Assembly (NCBI GenBank): GCA_035539795.1
Contig: DATLHT010000008.1
Coordinates: 1-35,360 of the forward strand
Direction of reading: 5' to 3'
Length of the DNA: 35,360 nucleotides
Origin: Burkholderiaceae bacterium
GTDB lineage: Bacteria > Pseudomonadota > Gammaproteobacteria > Burkholderiales > Burkholderiaceae
In this document: piece by piece, positions 9,636 through 17,430 of the stretch
Layout: every line of letters starts with the position of its first letter
How positions within the stretch are numbered: position 1 is the first letter of the stretch
The notes under the pieces: model-generated
Seen by the model: the letters and a program-made list of their open reading frames with translations, nothing else
Databases searched by the model: none
What the model was told of the DNA's origin: nothing
Made by a program: the position numbers and the translations under genes

Positions 9636-10451
9636 TCAACCTTGATTCGCCTTGTAAAGCCGCTTCTCCTCGGGCACGAAGAATTCTTCGAGCGAGGAAG
9701 GCAGGCGAGTATCGTAACCGATCAGGCGGCGGGCTTGATCGTTGAGCTGCGCGGCGATTTCCACTGGGATGAAGCGAACCCAGTCCATACGCTGTTTCAT
9801 GAAGGATCGGCACGCGTTGACAGTCATCGAATGACGCCAGTGATCGGTGAAGTTCGGTGCAGTGCGATGGAACAGGCGGGCATTGAAAATGATGAGCGCA
9901 CCGGCTTTGCACGTGACCTGGATACAGTTGCGTTCGAAAAGATCTTCCGATGGCGCGGCCTCGCAATGATGCGAGCCAGGGAGGACTTTGACTGCCCCAT
10001 TTTCCACGGTGTAATCAGTCAGGGTCCATATCAATCCCATATTGAAGGCCCATCCCGGAACGAATCGAGGTGAGTCGACGTGTAAACGACTGGCATAATT
10101 CTTTCCGCGCGGCGGGATAGAAGAGGAGGTGGCCGCATACATTATCCAATGTTCACCGAGATGGGGGGCTACCAGTTGTTGTAGGCGCGGATCCTCCAGT
10201 AGCCGAGCAAAGTTGATATCCGTCGCCATGAGGTCGTGGAGCTGGTTGGCGTCGAGAGCACTTCGTTCCGAGCCAGCGATAGGCTTATATCGCGCATTCG
10301 CTTCCAGCATCGCATGCCGTAAAAGTTCGCATTCAGATGGCAATAGAAATCCTTCGATGATGCTGTAACCACGTGTTTGCACGTGATAAGCATGCTCAGA
10401 GGCTTCGGTGGCAGAAAGGAGAGTGCGAGAAGCTAGCTGAATGGATGTCAT
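9636..10451 (-). CDS. Phytanoyl-CoA dioxygenase (PhyH) family Fe(II)/2-oxoglutarate oxygenase
   Basis: HxD (LHVDS)...distal His (LFHRT), ENGAVKVLPGSH, downstream Arg; ATGA overlap with wbqC stop. Confidence 0.88.
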   Translation of the reverse strand: MTSIQLASRTLLSATEASEHAYHVQTRGYSIIEGFLLPSECELLRHAMLEANARYKPIAGSERSALDANQLHDLMATDINFARLLEDPRLQQLVAPHLGEHWIMYAATSSSIPPRGKNYASRLHVDSPRFVPGWAFNMGLIWTLTDYTVENGAVKVLPGSHHCEAAPSEDLFERNCIQVTCKAGALIIFNARLFHRTAPNFTDHWRHSMTVNACRSFMKQRMDWVRFIPVEIAAQLNDQARRLIGYDTRLPSSLEEFFVPEEKRLYKANQG

Positions 10452-11161
10452 GATGTTCTGCTGCTAGATGTGGCGATATCCTTGTGCACGTAAGCAAGGG
10501 AACTCGGTCCACAATTAAAAAGTACGTCGATAACCGAAGTGGCATGCTCAAAAGGGCCGCTCCATTGTTGCTTATACGCTGCGTACGGCCCATATTCGAA
10601 CCATGTGATCTTGATTCCCGCGTCGTCAAACAAGCGCCGATCGATATAGTCTTGTGCGGCTGGTCCGGACACGTACTCAGTCGCGTCGGTTTGTTTACAA
10701 AGGCTCACAAGGCGCTCTGTCTTGCCCTCTTCCAGCCGATAGTCCCATGAGTAACTGAAGCGAGTATCAATGCTGAGATACGCGCAGATCTGTTCAATCA
10801 GAGCGCGGTTGAAGGCGCTAAGATTTGTGTGAACATGTTTTCGATAGATGGGCTCGAGTATCTGGGCAACTTCGCGAAAATATGGCGCACGACGGTAATT
10901 TGCTTCAATCATACGCCAGTGCTTTTCCTGCCACCCTGAACCGGGAAGTGTCACATCTCTGATCCTCCGGCGTATGTCCTGCCCCACGGGGATACTCATC
11001 CATTCAAGCCCTTTCGGTGTCCTGATCTTGTTGCGGTTACGCCAGTCATTTTTTGTGAATTGCATATCATCGTACAGAATGAATTCGTCGACTGATGCAA
11101 TCAGGTCGAAATATCCCTTCCAAGGAATATAGTTGGATTGAATGATGGCAAGTTTTTTCAA
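10448..11161 (-). CDS. wbqC: WbqC-family protein
   Basis: AIIQSNYIPWKGYFDLI, YDDMQF, WRNRNKI, NYRRAPYF, YVSGP, SVIDVLFN; TTG start in a TTGA overlap. Confidence 0.9.
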   Translation of the reverse strand: MKKLAIIQSNYIPWKGYFDLIASVDEFILYDDMQFTKNDWRNRNKIRTPKGLEWMSIPVGQDIRRRIRDVTLPGSGWQEKHWRMIEANYRRAPYFREVAQILEPIYRKHVHTNLSAFNRALIEQICAYLSIDTRFSYSWDYRLEEGKTERLVSLCKQTDATEYVSGPAAQDYIDRRLFDDAGIKITWFEYGPYAAYKQQWSGPFEHATSVIDVLFNCGPSSLAYVHKDIATSSSRTS

Positions 11162-12720
11162 TTTTTCAAGTCTTTCGGGATATATACGATATAGCCGGGC
11201 TTACTCTGAAAGTCAGCAACGCGATAATTCGCCTGGATGAAGCCGTAGACGAAGGGGTGCGTTCTGGCAAAGCGCATGGCATCTCGGCCATCGAGGGGAA
11301 GGTCGATCAATAGAATAAACGCAGGGTTTGCTGTCCTTATTCGTTCTATTTCCTGTCGTTCGAACATCTCTCCGCGGTGCCATAGCGCATAGATCGCCCA
11401 CATTGGCGCTTTGGTTTCGGTTATCGCATACGCTCCCGGCCAGAACGGCGTGATGACAAACGGCTCTCCATGTGGGGCGAAGCGTGCAATGATGTTTTGC
11501 AGGATGTGAATGTCTTCAGCAGTGGCTCGATCTACAAACAGGGTATCAATTCCAATTTTCTGTTTTGCACATTGATCAGGTTGGTTACACAGCCACGCGG
11601 GGTGATGAATGCGCATGGTGTATATGCTCGCAGTCAGAAGGAAGATTCCTGCCAGCCACTTGTAAGGTATCTTAAGGGTTGCGATGACTGCGAGCGTACC
11701 AAGTAGGAAAGGGAATATGCCTTGCGCGAGATGTCCCACATCGGCGCGCGAGTATGCATAGTGGGCATACGGGAGTGCGAGGCATGCGCAGGCCAAGAGG
11801 ATCGGCTCGATTGGCCTACCCTGCGCTGCTCGCCATGCAGTGACGCTAAGTCCGATTACTGCAAAGCAGACAATTGCGACAAAGAACAGGCCCACTAGCA
11901 AGTTCTGGACGGCATACCATAGAGGCAGGCTGGAAAAATCAGCCTTCCATGGCCAAGGGACTGGCAGTGGAAGATTCGTGGTCTTAATCTGGAGTAGGTA
12001 TAACACGCTGTCGATAAAGGCTTCTGAAAAGCCCGGGATTAGCACGCTCATCAGGATGATGGGCGAAAACCCGAGCAAAATACCATTGATCCATGCCAAT
12101 ATGCGCTTAAAAAAACCGATCGGAAAACGCTGTGTTACCTCAATAAGAAAAATGGCTACAATACTTCCACTCAACCCGTAAATTCCATGATTGCGCCCAA
12201 ATACCGCTACCATTCCAAGAACTAAACCTGCAACAAAATAGCGTCGCGTAGATGAATTTTCTCCTAGATAAGCTAGCGTGGCTATGAGAATAATGGATAG
12301 CGAAATATCAAAGAGCTTATGTCGGGGAAACATCCAAGCTGTCAGGACTGCGGCCGACAACACGAGAAATGTGAGACCGGGACGGGGAGTGGCACGTTGG
12401 AGCGTCCACAGGCCTATCCCCAGCCCTGCGAACTGGAAAACGGCAACTGCCTTGCGGAGGGAGACAATGCCGTGGTCACCCCAGAGGGCCATCAATGCGC
12501 CAGACCAATAGTAACGACCAGGGTCGTACGACATGAAATCTCGGAACGGAACCTCACCCGCTAAGACCCGTTGAACGCCATACCAGAGAAATCCCTCGTC
12601 CCACAAGCTAAACCCGAGGTGGCCTTGCCAAAAAAACATAGCCGTAATGACTGCCGCCGCAAGCACAATAGGCTGAAGCGATCTTGCTGCGTCCGAGAGT
12701 CGTAGTTGCGCTTGCGGCAT
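11158..12720 (-). CDS. Polytopic membrane protein, putative GT-C-fold (ArnT/PMT-like) glycosyltransferase
   Basis: WDEG acidic motif after TM1 followed by GEVPFRDF...YDPG, about 10 TM segments and a soluble C-terminal domain. Confidence 0.65.
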   Translation of the reverse strand: MPQAQLRLSDAARSLQPIVLAAAVITAMFFWQGHLGFSLWDEGFLWYGVQRVLAGEVPFRDFMSYDPGRYYWSGALMALWGDHGIVSLRKAVAVFQFAGLGIGLWTLQRATPRPGLTFLVLSAAVLTAWMFPRHKLFDISLSIILIATLAYLGENSSTRRYFVAGLVLGMVAVFGRNHGIYGLSGSIVAIFLIEVTQRFPIGFFKRILAWINGILLGFSPIILMSVLIPGFSEAFIDSVLYLLQIKTTNLPLPVPWPWKADFSSLPLWYAVQNLLVGLFFVAIVCFAVIGLSVTAWRAAQGRPIEPILLACACLALPYAHYAYSRADVGHLAQGIFPFLLGTLAVIATLKIPYKWLAGIFLLTASIYTMRIHHPAWLCNQPDQCAKQKIGIDTLFVDRATAEDIHILQNIIARFAPHGEPFVITPFWPGAYAITETKAPMWAIYALWHRGEMFERQEIERIRTANPAFILLIDLPLDGRDAMRFARTHPFVYGFIQANYRVADFQSKPGYIVYIPKDLKN

Positions 12721-12990
12721 GATATCTAGGGCGATGGAAAGGCTCCTATTCTAGTCTCCTCGAATGAATGCGTCATCCTGCTAAATAGGTACCGACGGCA
12801 CCGCAGTAACCATGTCCTGATTTCTTGACGAGGGAAACCCAAAATACACTATGTCCGCCGCTAGCTCCGGTAACTGCGTAATCGGTTGCCCATACCTCAG
12901 TGAGGCTGGAGCGTGTTCACCATGACTGTCGCCAGCTGGGCATGCCAGCAATCGACTGTGCGCGTAGCGGTAGCGTGCAGCGACGGTTTG

Positions 12991-13521
12991 CTAGCGTTGC
13001 CGCTGCTGGCACGCGATCAGATAGTCGCTGTGCATGGACACGTACCGCCCTTCCTGAGCGGGCTGCAAGGGGATAGCACGCAGATTCGAGGACAGGCCTT
13101 TTGCCTTCCAGTCCGGAATGAATTCGAACTGGCGCAGCTTGCCGGGAAAACGGAAGCTGTCGACCATCCCCGTCACGGGATTCAGGCCCAGCCGTTCGTC
13201 GGTCGAGGGCTGGTCCACGCGCATCTCCAGCACCTTGTTGAGCGGTGCAGTCCAGCTGCGCGGCAAGATGGCGTAGCTGCTCCACTGATAGTCCGGCCCG
13301 AGACCACATTCCACTTGCAGGAGCCGCCCGGCTTCCAGATCGCTGCGGCTCAGGCCGGCAGCATGCGCACGCGCCGCGAGCTGGCGGTTCCATGACTGCT
13401 CGAGGTCGGCCGGCTTGAATACCCGGCTGACCGACACCCATACCGTGTCGCCGGCGGTGGGTGGGGTTCCGCAGCCTGCGAGCAATGTCGCGGCAAGTGT
13501 GAGCCATCGTGCACGCATCAT
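12991..13521 (-). CDS. Hypothetical lipoprotein (176 aa)
   Basis: GAGGAAG RBS directly upstream of ATG 13521; signal peptide MMRARWLTLAATLLAG-C with LAGC lipobox. Confidence 0.75.
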   Translation of the reverse strand: MMRARWLTLAATLLAGCGTPPTAGDTVWVSVSRVFKPADLEQSWNRQLAARAHAAGLSRSDLEAGRLLQVECGLGPDYQWSSYAILPRSWTAPLNKVLEMRVDQPSTDERLGLNPVTGMVDSFRFPGKLRQFEFIPDWKAKGLSSNLRAIPLQPAQEGRYVSMHSDYLIACQQRQR

Positions 13522-13727
13522 GTCTTCCTCGGGAAAACGATCTCGACAGGATTGTGCCATTGACCGCGGAGCTTGCGCACAGTTATCGCAACAGTGATGA
13601 TGGCGCGGACTGAATGTCTGCATGCGAGTATCGTGTGCGGTTTCGTGTGATGCGTGCGCGTGGGCCACAGCCAGCCGAATCGGCGATCGCCTATCCGCTG
13701 TTGTTCCGGTATATCCCAAGTACGCGC

Positions 13728-13756
13728 TTGCTCGCGCTCCTGCAGTTACTTATCGT
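13728..13756 (+). promoter_or_regulatory. Putative sigma70-type promoter of paralogue 1
   Basis: TTGCTC (13728-13733), 17 nt, TATCGT (13751-13756); same architecture upstream of paralogues 2 and 3. Confidence 0.6.
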
Positions 13757-13780
13757 TGCGCCAGATTTTCTAGCCCAGGA

Positions 13781-15346
13781 ATGATGGTGTTGCGGCCTGT
13801 TCGGTTTTTCTCTCCCTCTCCCTCTACGGCAGCAGAGGCAACTTCTGTCTCCACAGCACCAGCGCATGTCCAGACGGAGTTCCTCGCTGAAAGATCTGCT
13901 GCTGCTCGCACACGACGGCTATTGCGCAGCCTACTCCGCCAGTTGGAGCGGAGCCGCCCCTACCCTCGCGCACTGACCCCTGCGGCATCGGCCTGGGGCA
14001 TCAGCGCAGAAGCTACAGCATTACGCGTCAACTTGTACGAAACGCCATTCTCCCGCAACTGGCAACCCACTGATTCCGCCGTCGTGGCGCATAGCCTGTT
14101 GTATGCCGAAGCCGGGGATCTGTTGCCCATGTTAGGTGCCAGGGGTATGAGGATCGTGCAGTGTGCATGGGAGGCAGCACGCGCAAACGACCGTGTGGCG
14201 GATGACTACGATGCCTTTGCGAGCCGCTTTGCGCTGTGGTTGCTGGAGAGACTCGCGCTTTTGCAGAATGGGCTCGCGTGTCCGGAGCTCGCACCCGGCC
14301 TGGTGGAGGCGCTGCGGATCCGGGCGTATCTCGAGACGCCAGACCGGGTGGGCACAACGCAGATCGCGGAAGCGTGGATCCGCCAGGCCGAAGCGCTGGG
14401 CCTGTGTCGCCTGCGTGTCCGCGTGGGTACGCAGGCCGAGCTCGATATCTTGCTGCAGCAGGACGATTGCGCGCTCTTTCCGGTGCTGGGCATTGCGCTG
14501 GCCGGCGCCAACCTGGAATCGCGGCATGCGACCGTGCACGACCTGATTCAGCGCATCGTGCTCCCGGACACGCCGCAGGGGATAGATCCGGTGGGGTCTC
14601 CCGCTGTTTCAGCGAGTGATCTGCTATCGAATACCTCGCCGCTAAATAATCCCTCGCCGAATGATCTGTCACCAAAAGACACCACGCCGAGCGACGCGAC
14701 ACTGAACGGCACGATACCGGAACAGCCGCCTCAAGAAGTACACGCAGATGAGGTTGTGCGTAATGTACCGTTGAGCGCCCCATGCAGTCCGGTCTCGATT
14801 GCGCCGACTGTGTCACCGACCTGGATCTCATCAACTCCGCCGATGACAGGAACAGCACCGGCCAGCGCTAACGATATCCCGTTTCCGGACAAGCCCGTGG
14901 TCTCGCACCAGGTTGACGAGGCGGTCAATGGCATTGCTGCGTTTGCGCGGGACTGGTTTGGCATTCGCGCGCCCACGGCGGCCGAACGGGAGCCAGTGAG
15001 GCGCCGCATGCGTTCCACGCTGCGCCAGAGGCAAGAGGATTTTGAGGGGCTCTACCGGCGTCTCAAGCATCAAGGCCGATTGCCGTCCATCGAGGAATTC
15101 TTTCTGACGATATGCGTGCATTGCGAAATCGCCAGGCGTCGTTCCGGTATGGAGTATTCCGTGGCGACCGGGCCCGTGCCGATGCGGCCGGGTATTTTCT
15201 ATTACCACATCAAGCTGCGGCATTTGCCGACACTGACCGTCGTGGTCAAGCCGAGCCGCTGCCATTCGCTGGCGCGACTGGTCGTGCTGCTCAATCCCGA
15301 TATGCGGGAAATCTCTGGCGCTGTGTGGTCGTTGAAACGCAACTGA
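13781..15346 (+). CDS. Hypothetical protein, paralogue 1 (domain A + domain B); candidate secreted effector
   Basis: Long ORF with visible colinear similarity to 15590-17272 and 17431-19200. Start taken at ATG 13781 (AGGA at 13777-13780; 13784 or 13787 possible) rather than 13622, which lies upstream of the predicted promoter. Confidence 0.75.
   Translation: MMVLRPVRFFSPSPSTAAEATSVSTAPAHVQTEFLAERSAAARTRRLLRSLLRQLERSRPYPRALTPAASAWGISAEATALRVNLYETPFSRNWQPTDSAVVAHSLLYAEAGDLLPMLGARGMRIVQCAWEAARANDRVADDYDAFASRFALWLLERLALLQNGLACPELAPGLVEALRIRAYLETPDRVGTTQIAEAWIRQAEALGLCRLRVRVGTQAELDILLQQDDCALFPVLGIALAGANLESRHATVHDLIQRIVLPDTPQGIDPVGSPAVSASDLLSNTSPLNNPSPNDLSPKDTTPSDATLNGTIPEQPPQEVHADEVVRNVPLSAPCSPVSIAPTVSPTWISSTPPMTGTAPASANDIPFPDKPVVSHQVDEAVNGIAAFARDWFGIRAPTAAEREPVRRRMRSTLRQRQEDFEGLYRRLKHQGRLPSIEEFFLTICVHCEIARRRSGMEYSVATGPVPMRPGIFYYHIKLRHLPTLTVVVKPSRCHSLARLVVLLNPDMREISGAVWSLKRN
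14615..14719 (+). repeat. Degenerate 15-bp in-frame tandem repeat, about 7 units
   Basis: Encodes SDLLS/NTSPL/NNPSP/NDLSP/KDTTP/SDATL/NGTIP; e.g. aataatccctcgccg aatgatctgtcacca aaagacaccacgccg. Confidence 0.55.
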
Positions 15347-15531
15347 TTGTGCTTATGCGTTCCGTGAGGGCGCAGCGCGGTGGTCGGTGGCGTAGTTCGC
15401 GAAGGGGGGCCCGCGACCAGGGTCATAAAAAGGTACCGACACCGATCCCGGCCCGTATCTTGTGCCGGCTAGGGGGCAACGAAGCTGCGGGCGGAAACAC
15501 GTTGTGTCACGCCGCACTTACATCTTTTTTC

Positions 15532-15560
15532 TTGAGAGACGCACGGACGCTGCTTATCGT
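15532..15560 (+). promoter_or_regulatory. Putative sigma70-type promoter of paralogue 2
   Basis: TTGAGA (15532-15537), 17 nt, TATCGT (15555-15560), preceded by a T6 tract. Confidence 0.65.
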
Positions 15561-15589
15561 CGGGGAGCTTTAGTTTTTCCCGATTTTTC

Positions 15590-17272
15590 ATGCCAAATTC
15601 ATCTTCTTTTCCGCCGATCCGAAGCGAGCAGGGTGCTTCTGGCGGGCGCCGTTTTCCTTCGCTAGCCAAGGCGTTCGGTGCGCTCTCCGATCATCCCGCC
15701 AACCCGCACGAGCCCAGCCGGGGAACCAGCCAGGGGGCCAGCAACATTCCCCGAAGCCGCCAGCAGGTCATGCAATCGTCATACACCAGCGCGGAACTGC
15801 CTGTCGCGGCTTCCTGGGAACGCAGCGCCGGTGCGCCGTCATCTCCCGTGTCTCCCGCGCTTCCGGTGACTATGCAGCTGCCCTGTTTCATGGCGCCGGC
15901 GTTCACGCCGGACTGGCAACCTGGCGATCATACGCTCGCCACCTACCCCACGTTATGCGGAGAGGAACGTAGCGGGAGCTTCTCGCCGATGGTCGAGATC
16001 GCCGGATACCCCTCGTTGACGCAGATGCTGTCTGCCAGGACCACCGGTGAGGCATCACCATCCGGGGCGGACACGCACATCGAGGCCTATGTCGGTCGGT
16101 TGGTCCTCTGGATGCTGGAGAATCTTCACATGGTCACCGCGCTGACCCAGGAGGCCGACGTGCAGCCAGCCGCGCTCGGGTGTACTTGTATCGATGACAC
16201 GGGATGGAAATGGGAGACTGCGGGCGACCGGTTCATCTTAAGGTTGCTGGTGGAGAAGGCCGACAGACTGGGCTTGTCCCAGTACCGGATGATGCTGGAC
16301 GAAACCCAGCCTGTGACGATTTTCGCGCCGTATCCCTTTACCCAGACAGCGACCCCGAAGATCGCCTGCTACTTTTCCGATACCCCGGTCCGGCAGCGTT
16401 GTGGCCTCCTGCAGGACTTGATAGAGCGTATCGGGTCGTGCAGCACACCCCGGCGCGGCCCAGCCCATGCCGAGAAACGCCGGGCTATGCCGCTGGAGCA
16501 GGACGTTCGTGCGCCAGCCAAGCGGCGTCTGATGCTGTCCGATGTCCTGCAAGGCGACGAGCCCGGTCTGCAGGGGCAACCTGCTGTGCAGGCCATGGCC
16601 GCCGCGCCAAGCGTTAGGTCGAGAATGTCCTTGGAGGTGCTGCTATCCGCGCCGGAGCCGTCCGCGATGCCGCAGGCGCTCGTTGCAACGGCACCGCGAA
16701 ATGAAGCCGAGGTCCGGGAGGCACCACAGCCGGCTGCCGGTATGCGCCCGTACCGTGCCATCCTGCCGGCACCGCCTGTTTCGCCGTTACCGCACAGTGC
16801 TGCGTTGTCCCTGATGCAACGCATGTCGCGTGCGCGCATCCGCGACTTCATGCTGCAGTGGACTGCCCAGCGGCCTTGTGCGCCCGAGACTGACGTCTCC
16901 TTGTCTGATGCCCAAATGCCGCTGGGGGGCAATCTCGCCGATTTTAGACGGGCACATCAGGATTATCAGACATTCACTGGTACGCAATGCTCGCCGCGGG
17001 CGTTCTACGAAAATCTCCGGGATTTGTGTGTCGTGGCATCGCGCAGACCGGCTCAGTATGCTTCGCTGGTCGAGGTCAGTTACCTTGGCGAGAGGCTGCC
17101 AGCGCATTACTTTATTGAGTTCGTGCCGGGAAGACGGATCGTAGTGATGGCCCAGATTTGCCGTACGGACCCGTTTGCTCATGCACATCTTCTGTATCAG
17201 CCGACGTCAGACGAGATCAGGTACGTGGCGAAGAGAGTCACACGGTGGATCAATTTATATGGCGGTCTGTAG
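15590..17272 (+). CDS. Hypothetical protein, paralogue 2 (domain A + domain B); candidate secreted effector
   Basis: 560-aa ORF filling the gap; Ser/Pro-rich N-terminus; homology blocks shared with both neighbours. Confidence 0.8.
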   Translation: MPNSSSFPPIRSEQGASGGRRFPSLAKAFGALSDHPANPHEPSRGTSQGASNIPRSRQQVMQSSYTSAELPVAASWERSAGAPSSPVSPALPVTMQLPCFMAPAFTPDWQPGDHTLATYPTLCGEERSGSFSPMVEIAGYPSLTQMLSARTTGEASPSGADTHIEAYVGRLVLWMLENLHMVTALTQEADVQPAALGCTCIDDTGWKWETAGDRFILRLLVEKADRLGLSQYRMMLDETQPVTIFAPYPFTQTATPKIACYFSDTPVRQRCGLLQDLIERIGSCSTPRRGPAHAEKRRAMPLEQDVRAPAKRRLMLSDVLQGDEPGLQGQPAVQAMAAAPSVRSRMSLEVLLSAPEPSAMPQALVATAPRNEAEVREAPQPAAGMRPYRAILPAPPVSPLPHSAALSLMQRMSRARIRDFMLQWTAQRPCAPETDVSLSDAQMPLGGNLADFRRAHQDYQTFTGTQCSPRAFYENLRDLCVVASRRPAQYASLVEVSYLGERLPAHYFIEFVPGRRIVVMAQICRTDPFAHAHLLYQPTSDEIRYVAKRVTRWINLYGGL

Positions 17273-17369
17273 CAATGGAGTCTATGGAAAAAATGACATG
17301 GTGCGGTACCCGGGATGCGAAGCGACAGGTAGAGCGGCGTTGTCATCGTTCGTTTAGCCAAAATTCTCC

Positions 17370-17398
17370 TTGGGGGGAGCGGCCGGGCTGCCTATCGT
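17370..17398 (+). promoter_or_regulatory. Putative sigma70-type promoter of paralogue 3
   Basis: TTGGGG (17370-17375), 17 nt, TATCGT (17393-17398). Confidence 0.55.
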
Positions 17399-17430
17399 CG
17401 TGAGCGTCTCCCTCACAATGCCAACGCGCC

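Noticed and set aside
12966-12977. ops/JUMPstart-like AGCGGTAGCGTG
   Set aside because: One mismatch, on the opposite strand to the adjacent minus-strand glycan cassette, and no rest of the JUMPstart element
13622-13780. Upstream extension of paralogue 1, and the 13719 start of the lipoprotein
   Set aside because: The extensions overlap each other and the predicted promoter; better RBS and signal-peptide starts lie downstream
13522-17430. PIP/hrpII box (TTCG-N16-TTCG) or HrpL box upstream of the three paralogues
   Set aside because: Single TTCG half-sites exist (13642, 15396, 17349), but none has a partner at the required spacing; no GGAAC-N15/16-CCAC seen
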